The notes below the pieces were generated by a model. It saw only the letters and a list, made by a program, of their open reading frames with translations. It was not told the origin of the DNA and did no database searches. DNA of 33,620 nt from a virus (lineage: Duplodnaviria; Caudoviricetes), in IMG/VR virus record IMGVR_UViG_3300043451_000065, positions 1-33,620 of that record, one strand, 5' to 3'. Both the position numbers and the translations under genes were made by a program. Of this stretch, positions 1 to 8,194 are shown piece after piece (position 1 is the first letter of the stretch; every line of letters begins with the position of its first letter).

Positions 1-521
1 AGGATAAGGAATGAAAAATATCTGCTTTATAAACGTAAACACGATCAAGGAAAGAAGCGCGCTTCATTCTAACGTCGATGACAAATTGATCCTTCCGGAA
101 ATCCTTACAGCTCAGGACATGTATTTACTTCCTGCTTTAGGCACTGCTTTATACAATCGCTTGCAGGCAGGGATCGAAAATAATAATTTGACAGCGGATG
201 AGGTGGACTTACTAGATAATTTCATCACTAATCCTTTGGTATATTACACGCTTTCAGAGCTTCCGGTAGGATTGTCTTACCAGTTCTATAATAAGGGCTT
301 AGTTCGCAAAACAAGCGACAACACAGACACGCCTCAGATGCAGGATCTGATCGATGTCGCTTCAAGATACAGAACACGCGCGGAGTTTTATACTCAGCGA
401 TTGATCAAACACTTAAAGCAGGTATCATCTACTAGCGATAAGTTCCAGGAATATGTGAACTACGGTACTGGTGTTGATATTATCAAGCCAGAGAGAGACG
501 CTTACCAGGCTTCGATCTGGT
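1..521. repeat. Terminal direct repeat, copy 1 (circular/permuted genome overlap)
   Basis: 1-521 matches 33100-33620 (offset 33,099) except at 127, 199, 212, 247, 265, 304, 349, 391 and 394. Confidence 0.97.
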
Positions 522-592
522 TAGGAGATGACTGTGACTGTAAACCGATGAGCTTCGAGGAAAGATACCAGGGAGAAAACGGAATTTGTTAA
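11..592 (+). CDS. Putative head-tail connector/adaptor
   Basis: 193 aa; directly follows the portal on the circular map; resembles Bacteroidota phage adaptor proteins (AQDMYLLPALGTALYNRL). Confidence 0.6.
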   Translation: MKNICFINVNTIKERSALHSNVDDKLILPEILTAQDMYLLPALGTALYNRLQAGIENNNLTADEVDLLDNFITNPLVYYTLSELPVGLSYQFYNKGLVRKTSDNTDTPQMQDLIDVASRYRTRAEFYTQRLIKHLKQVSSTSDKFQEYVNYGTGVDIIKPERDAYQASIWLGDDCDCKPMSFEERYQGENGIC

Positions 593-604
593 AACAAAAA
601 AGAT

Positions 605-718
605 ATGCCGAAAGCTTATAGCACAAAAAATATCAAAAAATTAGAAGTTTACCTAGCGACTCAACAAAATGGCAATCAGACAGCTGACATTAAATCAAAC
701 AATAAAGCTAATAAGTGA
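605..718 (+). CDS. Small basic hypothetical protein, 37 aa (not in ORF track)
   Basis: MPKAYSTKNIKKLEVYLATQQNGNQTADIKSNNKANK; A-rich leader; fills the gap between two structural genes. Confidence 0.45.
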   Translation: MPKAYSTKNIKKLEVYLATQQNGNQTADIKSNNKANK

Positions 719-1127
719 TTTAGCCTCCTCGCATGAGCAGATAAATACTGTTTATTTCGGGGATGTATGGGAATTTCTTAACCAGGCTGATAATGTTTAT
801 CCAGCTATGTTCTATTCTTTGACTGGATCGTCGATCTCTGGAAAAGAATTATCACTAAATTTCTCTCTTTACTTCCTGGATCGACAGCTCCAGGATGAAT
901 CAAACGAGAACGATGTTCTATCGGATCAGTTATTGATCGCGCAGGATATTGTATCGATGATGAGATACCCAAAGTTTGACTGGGAGATCGGAGATAGTGT
1001 GAACTTAGAATTTTTTACAGAGAAAGAAGAAGATTATTTAGCAGGAGTAAAGGCAGATGTGACCGTTTCCTTCCCGATGCTTTCTGACAGATGTCAGGTT
1101 CCAACAGATTTTAATTATCCTAACTAA
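669..1127 (+). CDS. Putative tail terminator/tail completion protein
   Basis: 152 aa, acidic; YPAMFY...F.LYFLD...D.LAGVKADV pattern; position after the adaptor. Confidence 0.5.
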   Translation: MAIRQLTLNQTIKLISDLASSHEQINTVYFGDVWEFLNQADNVYPAMFYSLTGSSISGKELSLNFSLYFLDRQLQDESNENDVLSDQLLIAQDIVSMMRYPKFDWEIGDSVNLEFFTEKEEDYLAGVKADVTVSFPMLSDRCQVPTDFNYPN

Positions 1128-3478
1128 TGGCAAATAAAAAAGTAAGTCAATTAACGACAAAACCTTCGATCCTTACTGGAGATATTATTCCTTTGGCTGA
1201 TCCAACAACTGGCCAGCTTTACAAAGCTACGCTTTCATCTTTGGGAGCTGTGATCGGTTCGGCTGTAGCTTCTGTAAATGGTTTAGTAGGTACTGTAGTT
1301 TTAGATACAGATGACATCCAGGAGCTGGCTAGTCCAACGAATAAATGGTACACAGATACCAGGGCTAGAGCTGCGCTTTCTGCTGCTTCTCCTTTGACTT
1401 ATAATAGTGGGACTGGAGCTTTTGGTATTCAAGCGGCTAACGGCTCACAGAATGGATATTTAAGTTCTACTGATTGGACGGCTTTCACTAACACAGTTAC
1501 TGGCTTAGCATTAAAGTTAAATATAACGGATGCCGTTTCGACTTATCAGAGAATCGATAAAATGGTTTCTAATTTGCTAGCAAGCGACACAGAGTATCCT
1601 AACTCTAACGCTGTTCTAGCTAAGTTAGCTCTTAAAGCAGATACTACTAACCCAGTATTTGACGGTTATATGACAATCGGTGGAGCTTATCCTAAAATTT
1701 ATTTAACGGACTCAGATAATAACCCAGATTATTTTATCGGTAACGACGACGGTTATTTTAGAATTTACGACCAGACTAATACTACAAGTAGATTTTATAT
1801 AACTTCTGGGGGGGCTTCGATATTTCCTGGAGCTGTAACGGTAGGCTCTATCGCTAAGGATGGAGGAACTTCTGCTCAATTCCTTAAAGCGGATGGCTCA
1901 GTAGATTCTAGTACTTATGCGACTACTAGTTCATTAAGTTCTTATTTAACTATAAGCACTGCCGCTTCTACTTACAATAGAATTGATAAAATGGTCTCTA
2001 ACCTTTTGGCTAGCGACACTGAGTACCCAAATAGTAACGCGGTACTAGCAAAATTAGCATTAAAAGCAGATGCTGCCGACCCGGTATTTACTGGTAATTT
2101 AACTATAAGCGGAGCAGCTCCGAAATTATTCTTTGTAGATACAGACCAAAACCCAGACTATACACTTTTTGCAGACGCTGGTTATTTCTATATCTATGAC
2201 CAAACAGCTGGAACTTCAAGATTTTATATTACTCCTTCTGGAGTAGCAACTGTACCGGGTTCTATGGTGGTAGGTTCTATCGCTAAATCTGGCGGTTTAT
2301 CTACTGAATATTTAATGGCTGACGGTTCAGTAAGTACTGGAGGCGGTGGCTCAATGACTTACCCTGGTGCTGGTATTGCAGTCTCTACTGGGACAGCTTG
2401 GGGTACTTCAATCACTAATAATTCTAGTAACTGGAATACAGCCTACGGATGGGGTAATCATGCTGGATTATATTTACCAATAGGTGGAGGTACTTTAACT
2501 GGAGCTTTAAGCGGTACAAGTGCTACGTTTAGCGGTACAATTACCACTAATAATGTTTTAGCTTTAAAATTAAATTATGCTGGCTCAGTAAATGATATAC
2601 AATTAAGCGCTGGTACACCAGTAAGAATTGTAAATCAGGCTTATAATTCAGTTTTATTCGAATTAAATAATAGTGGAACTGCTAATTTTTCCGGTAATCT
2701 AGGAATAGGGACAACTTCTCCATTAGCATTTACAAGCTATAGAACTACTCAAGTTTCAAATACTGCTGGGGCTTTAATGATTGTTGAAAGTACAACAGGA
2801 AGCATTTTAGGTCAATTAGTAGCAGATAATGGGTTTGGTGGAGGTGCAGCGGTTGTACTTGGTGCAAGGTCAAATCACCCAGCTGTTTTTACTACTAATA
2901 ATACAGAACGTGTGCGAATTAATACTTCTGGTCATTTATTGATAGGTCAAACTGCAGCAAATGGTGGAGCTAATGGTGTATATATTAGACCAGGAGTAGA
3001 GTCTGGATTTATTGTAACAAGTGATATAGCTTTACAATTAGGAAGATTAGGAACTACTGGAGATATTCAGACTTTTTATACTGGCTCTACAAGAGTAGGT
3101 AAAATAGCTGTAGGAGGTTCGTCTATAACTTTTGAAAGTGCTGGTAATGGAGGTCTTACGATAGCAAGTACTGGAGCTGCTACATTTGTTAGTTCAGTAA
3201 CTGCTACCGGTTTTTTTGAGTCTTCAGATAAAACTATCAAGACTTTAATCGAGGACAATTACCAGGCTAAAGGAATCGAAAACGTAACTGCAAAGCTATA
3301 TTTAAAAAATGGAGTAGAAGAATTAGGATATTTTGCACAAGATGTACAGCCTATTCTACCTAGCGCAGTTAGCAAAGGAGAAAACGGTTTATTAAATCTA
3401 TCTTATCGCGAAGTTCATACGGCTAAAATTGCTAGATTAGAAAAAGAAATCGAAGAACTAAAAGCTAAATTAAACTAA
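1127..3478 (+). CDS. Tail fibre/receptor-binding protein with C-terminal peptidase S74 intramolecular chaperone
   Basis: G/S/T-rich 783 aa; fibre motifs VASVNG, GNLGIGTTSP, TNNTERVRI; C-terminal SSDKTIK...GYFAQDV...coiled coil. Confidence 0.88.
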   Translation: MANKKVSQLTTKPSILTGDIIPLADPTTGQLYKATLSSLGAVIGSAVASVNGLVGTVVLDTDDIQELASPTNKWYTDTRARAALSAASPLTYNSGTGAFGIQAANGSQNGYLSSTDWTAFTNTVTGLALKLNITDAVSTYQRIDKMVSNLLASDTEYPNSNAVLAKLALKADTTNPVFDGYMTIGGAYPKIYLTDSDNNPDYFIGNDDGYFRIYDQTNTTSRFYITSGGASIFPGAVTVGSIAKDGGTSAQFLKADGSVDSSTYATTSSLSSYLTISTAASTYNRIDKMVSNLLASDTEYPNSNAVLAKLALKADAADPVFTGNLTISGAAPKLFFVDTDQNPDYTLFADAGYFYIYDQTAGTSRFYITPSGVATVPGSMVVGSIAKSGGLSTEYLMADGSVSTGGGGSMTYPGAGIAVSTGTAWGTSITNNSSNWNTAYGWGNHAGLYLPIGGGTLTGALSGTSATFSGTITTNNVLALKLNYAGSVNDIQLSAGTPVRIVNQAYNSVLFELNNSGTANFSGNLGIGTTSPLAFTSYRTTQVSNTAGALMIVESTTGSILGQLVADNGFGGGAAVVLGARSNHPAVFTTNNTERVRINTSGHLLIGQTAANGGANGVYIRPGVESGFIVTSDIALQLGRLGTTGDIQTFYTGSTRVGKIAVGGSSITFESAGNGGLTIASTGAATFVSSVTATGFFESSDKTIKTLIEDNYQAKGIENVTAKLYLKNGVEELGYFAQDVQPILPSAVSKGENGLLNLSYREVHTAKIARLEKEIEELKAKLN
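1550..2071 (+). repeat. Intragenic tandem duplication in the fibre gene (period 429 nt, 143 aa)
   Basis: RIDKMVSNLLASDTEYPNSNAVLAKLALKAD encoded at 1550-1642 and 1979-2071; similarity continues about 90 aa further to ADGSV. Confidence 0.92.
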
Positions 3479-3479
3479 T

Positions 3480-3923
3480 ATGTCTTGGGCTAGTATTTCA
3501 AGTAATCAATCTGTAACCTGGGAGAATCTGTTAGATGCTTGTAATAATGGTATATTCTTACAGCTTTTAACTATTCCACCTAGTGGGGTTTCTTCTAAAA
3601 AATGTGTTAGAAAAGACCAAGTACAATCTTATGTTGAAGTTCAATCTTCGCCTTTATCTGGTACAGCATCTAATCAGACTGTAGCAAAAAGTAAATTGAT
3701 AGCTGTATCCTATACATATTACCAGCTTACTTCATGTAGTGGCGCTCCGACAGCTTATACTAGAGTAGCGCCGACTTTGGGAACTGGACAGCGTTACATT
3801 TTACCAAGTAGTACACCTACATATTACTATTATAACGGTACTTCTGTAGGGCCACAAACTACAATACCTAGTGGATATAATGGAAGTATTCAGATAGTAA
3901 CTGGTCAAACTTATTGCCCTTAA
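3480..3923 (+). CDS. Tail fibre-associated protein
   Basis: S/T/Y-rich, Cys-containing; 1 nt after the fibre gene. Confidence 0.45.
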   Translation: MSWASISSNQSVTWENLLDACNNGIFLQLLTIPPSGVSSKKCVRKDQVQSYVEVQSSPLSGTASNQTVAKSKLIAVSYTYYQLTSCSGAPTAYTRVAPTLGTGQRYILPSSTPTYYYYNGTSVGPQTTIPSGYNGSIQIVTGQTYCP

Positions 3924-3948
3924 TTTTAAACTTTAAAAAATAAATAAT

Positions 3949-4290
3949 ATGGCTTTCACTTGGGTAATCTCTCAATTAGACTCTATTCCTTCCATTGATG
4001 GAATGGAAAAAGTAATAAATACTATTCACTGGCGCGCTCAGAAATATCTTTTAAAAGACGAAAAAATACAATTCACTGCCGACACTTACGGAGCTTTAGG
4101 AGTAGATGCTCCACACGAAGCAAGCTTCACTCCTTACGACCAGGTTACAAAGGAAATGGTAGAAGGATGGCTTGAAGCTGGACTTGATACTGAGAAAATT
4201 GATGCAAACTTAGAGGCTCAAATTCAGAATTTTTTAAATCCTCCAGTGGTGGCTTATCCACTTCCTTGGGAAGGATCCGAAAAAATCTAG
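3949..4290 (+). CDS. Conserved phage protein, possible tail fibre assembly factor
   Basis: FTWVISQLD...IHWR...FTPYDQVTKEMVEGW...LPW, a pattern commonly found after fibre genes. Confidence 0.5.
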   Translation: MAFTWVISQLDSIPSIDGMEKVINTIHWRAQKYLLKDEKIQFTADTYGALGVDAPHEASFTPYDQVTKEMVEGWLEAGLDTEKIDANLEAQIQNFLNPPVVAYPLPWEGSEKI

Positions 4291-4302
4291 GATTTTTGCT
4301 AT

Positions 4303-4311
4303 CTATTTATA
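4303..4311 (+). promoter_or_regulatory. Putative late-promoter motif CTATTTATA
   Basis: Intergenic; the CTATTTA core recurs at 14701, 18575, 28462 and 30731 before late genes. Confidence 0.45.
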
Positions 4312-4338
4312 GATTAATAAATTAAAACAAACCAAACG

Positions 4339-4608
4339 ATGAAATTAGATTTCAATTTCGACCTAGTCGGTCTTGATCAGCAACCTATTGAGGGTGCAAA
4401 TGCAGGTAAATTATTGGCTAATGCTTTAGCCCAGGGATCAAAAGGCGATGCCTTAAAATTCTGGGATTGGGCAGTAAGCTTAAACAAAGGAGAGATCCTG
4501 GATCTTGATTCGTCAGACCAGGAAACGATCAAAAACTTTGTGAAGGATTGCGAAAGTTTCACAGTCCTAGCAAAAGCTCAATTATTACAAGTTTTGAAAA
4601 AAGACTAA
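4339..4608 (+). CDS. Hypothetical protein
   Basis: 89-aa ORF with A-rich leader. Confidence 0.75.
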   Translation: MKLDFNFDLVGLDQQPIEGANAGKLLANALAQGSKGDALKFWDWAVSLNKGEILDLDSSDQETIKNFVKDCESFTVLAKAQLLQVLKKD

Positions 4609-4611
4609 TTA

Positions 4612-4932
4612 ATGGATTTAAATGATATTCTTGGGCAATCTGTAACTGGAGGAATTGCGGCATTGATCGGCTGGATAGTAGGAAGGCGCAAAGAAAAAGC
4701 GGACCTTAATACAATCGAATTAGAACAGACCACAAAAGCGATCGAGATCTGGCGCCAGATGGCTCAAGAAATGTCAGACAAAGTGAAGGAGCTTAGCGAT
4801 AAGATCGATATCTTAACGGCTGAAGTTCACTCTTTAAAATCCGAGAATTCAAACCTGAAAACCAAACTAGGAATAATTGATGAAAGTCACGAAGATAAGC
4901 CAAAAAGGTCTCGATCTAATAAAGCAGTTTGA
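4612..4932 (+). CDS. Putative holin-like membrane protein
   Basis: N-terminal hydrophobic helix (GGIAALIGWIVG) then RRK and a coiled coil; overlaps the lysozyme start. Confidence 0.5.
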   Translation: MDLNDILGQSVTGGIAALIGWIVGRRKEKADLNTIELEQTTKAIEIWRQMAQEMSDKVKELSDKIDILTAEVHSLKSENSNLKTKLGIIDESHEDKPKRSRSNKAV

Positions 4933-5335
4933 GGGATTAAAACTTAAGCCCTACCTTTGTCCAGCTGGGATCCCAACTATTGGATACGGTAATACTTACT
5001 ATACTGACGGAAAGAAAGTAAAACTAACAGATCCGTCAATAACTCAAGCAAAAGCCGACGAGCTTTTAAAATTCTTAATTCAATCCTACGAGAAAGACGT
5101 CGATAGTTTCTGTCGCGACGATATCAGCCAGCATCAATTCGATGCGCTGACTTCCTTTGCTTACAACTGCGGATCCAGAAACCTAAAATCCTCTACTTTA
5201 TTAAAGAAAGTAAATTTAAATCCTAATGATCCAACGATCAGAGCTGAATTTATGAAGTGGAATAAGGCAGCCGGAAAGGTTTTACCTGGATTAACTAAAC
5301 GACGTCAAGCGGAAGCTGACCTTTACTTCTCCTAA
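4880..5335 (+). CDS. Endolysin, GH24 phage lysozyme
   Basis: LIKQFEG...YLCPAGIPTIGYG, QFDALTSFAYNCG, GLTKRRQAEADLY; ATG at 4880. Confidence 0.95.
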   Translation: MKVTKISQKGLDLIKQFEGLKLKPYLCPAGIPTIGYGNTYYTDGKKVKLTDPSITQAKADELLKFLIQSYEKDVDSFCRDDISQHQFDALTSFAYNCGSRNLKSSTLLKKVNLNPNDPTIRAEFMKWNKAAGKVLPGLTKRRQAEADLYFS

Positions 5336-5337
5336 TC

Positions 5338-5784
5338 ATGCGAAAATTACTTATTCTTTTGGCTTCTGTCGCGTTCTTTTCTTGCAAGCAATCAAAGAGC
5401 CTAACTGAATACAAAGAAACGCTTAGAATCGATACTATTAAAAGCGAGAAAATCGTAGAAAAATTTAGAGCGGTCCACGATACGCTCACGATCTCGAATC
5501 CTTGCGACTCCTCTGGGATCCTTTCCTCTTTTTATTCCAGGTTAATTCTTCCGAATGGATCAGTGACGATCAAGTCTGACAAGGGCCAGATCAGAGCGAC
5601 GATCGATATCGATTCGATGCGCCAGGAGATCGAGAATAATTACCGGAACTCGCAAGTAAAATGGATCGAATACAGAGACAAGGAAGTGATCAAGTATCGG
5701 GTGCCTACCTGGGTGGTCATGCTACTATTCGCTGAGGCTGTCATGTTGATTGCTTATTTATATCTTAAATTCGGCTTAAAATAG
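5338..5784 (+). CDS. Putative unimolecular spanin
   Basis: Lipoprotein signal MRKLLILLASVAFFS-C plus C-terminal TM helix; directly after the lysozyme. Confidence 0.7.
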   Translation: MRKLLILLASVAFFSCKQSKSLTEYKETLRIDTIKSEKIVEKFRAVHDTLTISNPCDSSGILSSFYSRLILPNGSVTIKSDKGQIRATIDIDSMRQEIENNYRNSQVKWIEYRDKEVIKYRVPTWVVMLLFAEAVMLIAYLYLKFGLK

Positions 5785-5978
5785 TGTACGAAATAAACAT
5801 AGAAGGAATCGAAACTCCCCAAAATAAAACTAGCCAGCTATTGCAGACTATGCTCGACGTAATGGAATCCATTGAGCAGATCGACGATGCTGGTTTTGTG
5901 CTTCGTATGAAGCTATTAAATAATATAGAGTTCTTAGTGGACCAACTAATGGAAGAATATGAGCAACGACAACGCTAA
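5784..5978 (+). CDS. Hypothetical protein
   Basis: 64 aa, GTG start, overlaps both neighbours. Confidence 0.6.
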   Translation: MYEINIEGIETPQNKTSQLLQTMLDVMESIEQIDDAGFVLRMKLLNNIEFLVDQLMEEYEQRQR

Positions 5979-6951
5979 AGCGGAGGCAATAAAAAAGCAC
6001 TTCTACTCAACCAATATGACACGCGCAGATTTCGAGCGTGAAAACTGGGAGAATTACGGTTATAAAGACTTAACTACCTTCCATCGCCAGATGACTAGAT
6101 TCGGAATCTCTGTGAAGGATCGATCGGAATACTTTAAAAAGACAAGACCAAACGCCAAGATAGAATCATTCAACCTGGATGAGGTCGATAGCTTTGGGAT
6201 CGAGCCAGGGATCGGAAAGGAATACACCAGTGCTCGCCTTCCAGATCACTTAAAAAAGATCGGGATCCTATCTGATATTCACGTTCCTTTTCATTCCTTA
6301 GAAGCGCTTACCTGCGCGATAAAATATCTAAGAGATCAAGAGATCGATTGCCTTTATTTGAACGGAGATACATTCGACTTCTATTCGATATCCAGGCATG
6401 AGAAGGAGAAGGATCTCAGAGACTTTCCGCGCGAGATCGAGATGGCTAGAAACTTTCTTCAGAAGCTTCGTGATATCTTTCCGACGATACCGATCTATTT
6501 CAAAGCAGGCAATCACGAGAATCGCTTCCAGCGCTATCTGTTTAGCCAGGCGGAAGAGTTCGCTGGCCTCCACGAATTGCAGTTCGATAAGTTCTTCCGT
6601 ATGGATCACTTAAAAATCGAGTGGGTGGAAGACTGGCAAGGTATGGAAATGGGCGATTTATTAGTCTGCCATGGTCACGAGCTCATGGCTGGAGGGATGA
6701 ATCCTTCGCAAACGACGTTTAATAAAACCTTCTGCAATACTTTGATAGGTCACGTCCACAGAACGACGAGCACGATCAAGAAAAACGGCTTTAAAAAGTT
6801 CATTCACTCCTATTCAACTGGGTGCTTGACTCACTTATCTCCGAAATACTATCCTTTTGCCCAGCATAATCACGGCTTTGCACTGGTAGAAATTAAAGAT
6901 GGCTTATCAAAAGTTCAAAATCTTATGATAAAAGACGGAAAAATTGTGTAG
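5959..6951 (+). CDS. Calcineurin-like metallophosphoesterase
   Basis: Motifs SDIH, GDTFD, GNHE, HGH, GHVH. Confidence 0.92.
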   Translation: MSNDNAKAEAIKKHFYSTNMTRADFERENWENYGYKDLTTFHRQMTRFGISVKDRSEYFKKTRPNAKIESFNLDEVDSFGIEPGIGKEYTSARLPDHLKKIGILSDIHVPFHSLEALTCAIKYLRDQEIDCLYLNGDTFDFYSISRHEKEKDLRDFPREIEMARNFLQKLRDIFPTIPIYFKAGNHENRFQRYLFSQAEEFAGLHELQFDKFFRMDHLKIEWVEDWQGMEMGDLLVCHGHELMAGGMNPSQTTFNKTFCNTLIGHVHRTTSTIKKNGFKKFIHSYSTGCLTHLSPKYYPFAQHNHGFALVEIKDGLSKVQNLMIKDGKIV

Positions 6952-7006
6952 CTTTGTAGAAATTAATTGTTTTTCATAGTGTTTTTATAGGTTTAGATGA
7001 CATTAG

Positions 7007-7039
7007 AAAGCCCTGGGATATTATCTCCGGGCTTTTTTG
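7007..7039 (+). terminator. Rho-independent terminator
   Basis: AAAGCCC...GGGCTTTTTT stem-loop with U tract. Confidence 0.8.
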
Positions 7040-7097
7040 TGCTTGAAAATAATTTAAAAATAAATTTAAAATAATTTTTTAGTATCAAAAAAGGTAG

Positions 7098-7145
7098 TAT
7101 CTTTGTCATGTAGTCAGCAACGAAGCAACTACAAAACATCTAAAC
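7098..7145 (+). promoter_or_regulatory. Early-type promoter, copy A
   Basis: TATCTTTG (Bacteroidota -7 TAnnTTTG) + ATGTAGTCAG + ACATCTAAAC, shared with copies at 27969-28050 and 28354-28435. Confidence 0.75.
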
Positions 7146-7147
7146 TC

Positions 7148-7378
7148 ATGGAAAACTTAGCGCAAAACACAGTTTATTTTTACGAGGGTTCTTATCAATT
7201 TCAATCAGATAAAACTCATTTAAATATCTCTGAAGATTACGTTCAAATGATACTTGCAAAACAATATGAGTATCGTCCAACTACTGAAACTTTATGGGCG
7301 GATGTTAAAATCGATGGAATTACAAAAAGATTTATTTTTGATTATAACAAAGGTTTGACTTTGAAATCTATATTTTAA
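7148..7378 (+). CDS. Early hypothetical protein (76 aa; start revised from 7103)
   Basis: The in-frame ATG at 7148 follows the promoter leader; the track start lies inside the promoter. Confidence 0.7.
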   Translation: MENLAQNTVYFYEGSYQFQSDKTHLNISEDYVQMILAKQYEYRPTTETLWADVKIDGITKRFIFDYNKGLTLKSIF

Positions 7379-7389
7379 TTATACACCGA

Positions 7390-7407
7390 GCCAGGCGGAT
7401 TCCTGGC
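7390..7407 (+). other. Intergenic GC hairpin
   Basis: GCCAGG-cggatt-CCTGGC; no strong U tract. Confidence 0.5.
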
Positions 7408-7428
7408 AATCTTTAATCATCTATAAAA

Positions 7429-7539
7429 ATGAGAGAATTATTAAAAACCATCCCAGGATCTGAAGTAGCTCAAGCTACCATCCTAACGCTGATCGTCATC
7501 GGCATCTTATCAATCATCACAATTATTTCAAACCTTTAA
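7429..7539 (+). CDS. Small single-TM membrane protein, 36 aa (not in ORF track)
   Basis: MRELLKTIPGSEVAQATILTLIVIGILSIITIISNL; A-rich leader; fills the intergenic gap. Confidence 0.65.
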   Translation: MRELLKTIPGSEVAQATILTLIVIGILSIITIISNL

Positions 7540-7550
7540 TTTTTATTATC

Positions 7551-8192
7551 ATGTCTAACAAAACTTCAATTATCGCCTCATCAAACGGAGGCTCAAACTA
7601 CGAGCCGATCGCGGCCGGTACTTACGTCGCACGATGCTATTCCATGATCCACATCGGAACGATCAAGGAATCCTACCAGGGAGAAGAAAAATTCATTAAT
7701 AAGGTCCGCTTATCTTTTGAGCTTCCGACTGAGTTAAAAGTTTACAAGGAGGAGAACGGCGAACAGCCGGCTGTATTATCGAAGGAGTTCACGCTCTCAC
7801 TATCTGAGAAATCAAACCTTCGAGCTTTCTTAAATTCCTGGAGAGGAAAGGCTCTGACAGAAGAAGAATGCAAGTCATTTGATATCACTGTTCTAGCTGG
7901 CAAGGCTTGCACTTTATCTGTGATCCATAAGACATCCAAGGTAAGTGGTAAGACTTACGCTGAGATCGCCTCGATCGGAGGAGTAATGAAAGGAATGGAA
8001 GTTCCAGCGATCATGAATCCGGAGATAGTTTTCTCTGTGAATAACTTTGACCAGGTAGCTTTTGATTCCTTCCCTGATTTCATCAAAGAGAAGATTCAAT
8101 CTTCGAACGAATACAAGGCGCTATTAGAAAGCAGTCCAACTCAAGCACTGACAGAGCCAGCTGTGATCGATGAAGATGATTTACCCTGGTAG
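7551..8192 (+). CDS. Putative single-stranded DNA-binding/replication protein
   Basis: AGTYVARC...KVRLSFEL...EFTLSLSEKSNLRAFLNSWRG; acidic tail EDDLPW. Confidence 0.65.
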   Translation: MSNKTSIIASSNGGSNYEPIAAGTYVARCYSMIHIGTIKESYQGEEKFINKVRLSFELPTELKVYKEENGEQPAVLSKEFTLSLSEKSNLRAFLNSWRGKALTEEECKSFDITVLAGKACTLSVIHKTSKVSGKTYAEIASIGGVMKGMEVPAIMNPEIVFSVNNFDQVAFDSFPDFIKEKIQSSNEYKALLESSPTQALTEPAVIDEDDLPW

Positions 8193-8194
8193 TC

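Noticed and set aside
1-521. End repeats as LTRs, att sites or a true gene duplication
   Set aside because: The second copy is cut mid-gene at the contig edge; assembly overlap explains it
1550-2340. Fibre repeats as a DGR template/variable repeat pair
   Set aside because: Differences are synonymous and not adenine-specific, and there is no reverse transcriptase
6961-7000. Minus-strand ATCTAAAC leader followed by an ATG
   Set aside because: Encodes only MKNN-stop and lacks the ATGTAGTCAG box
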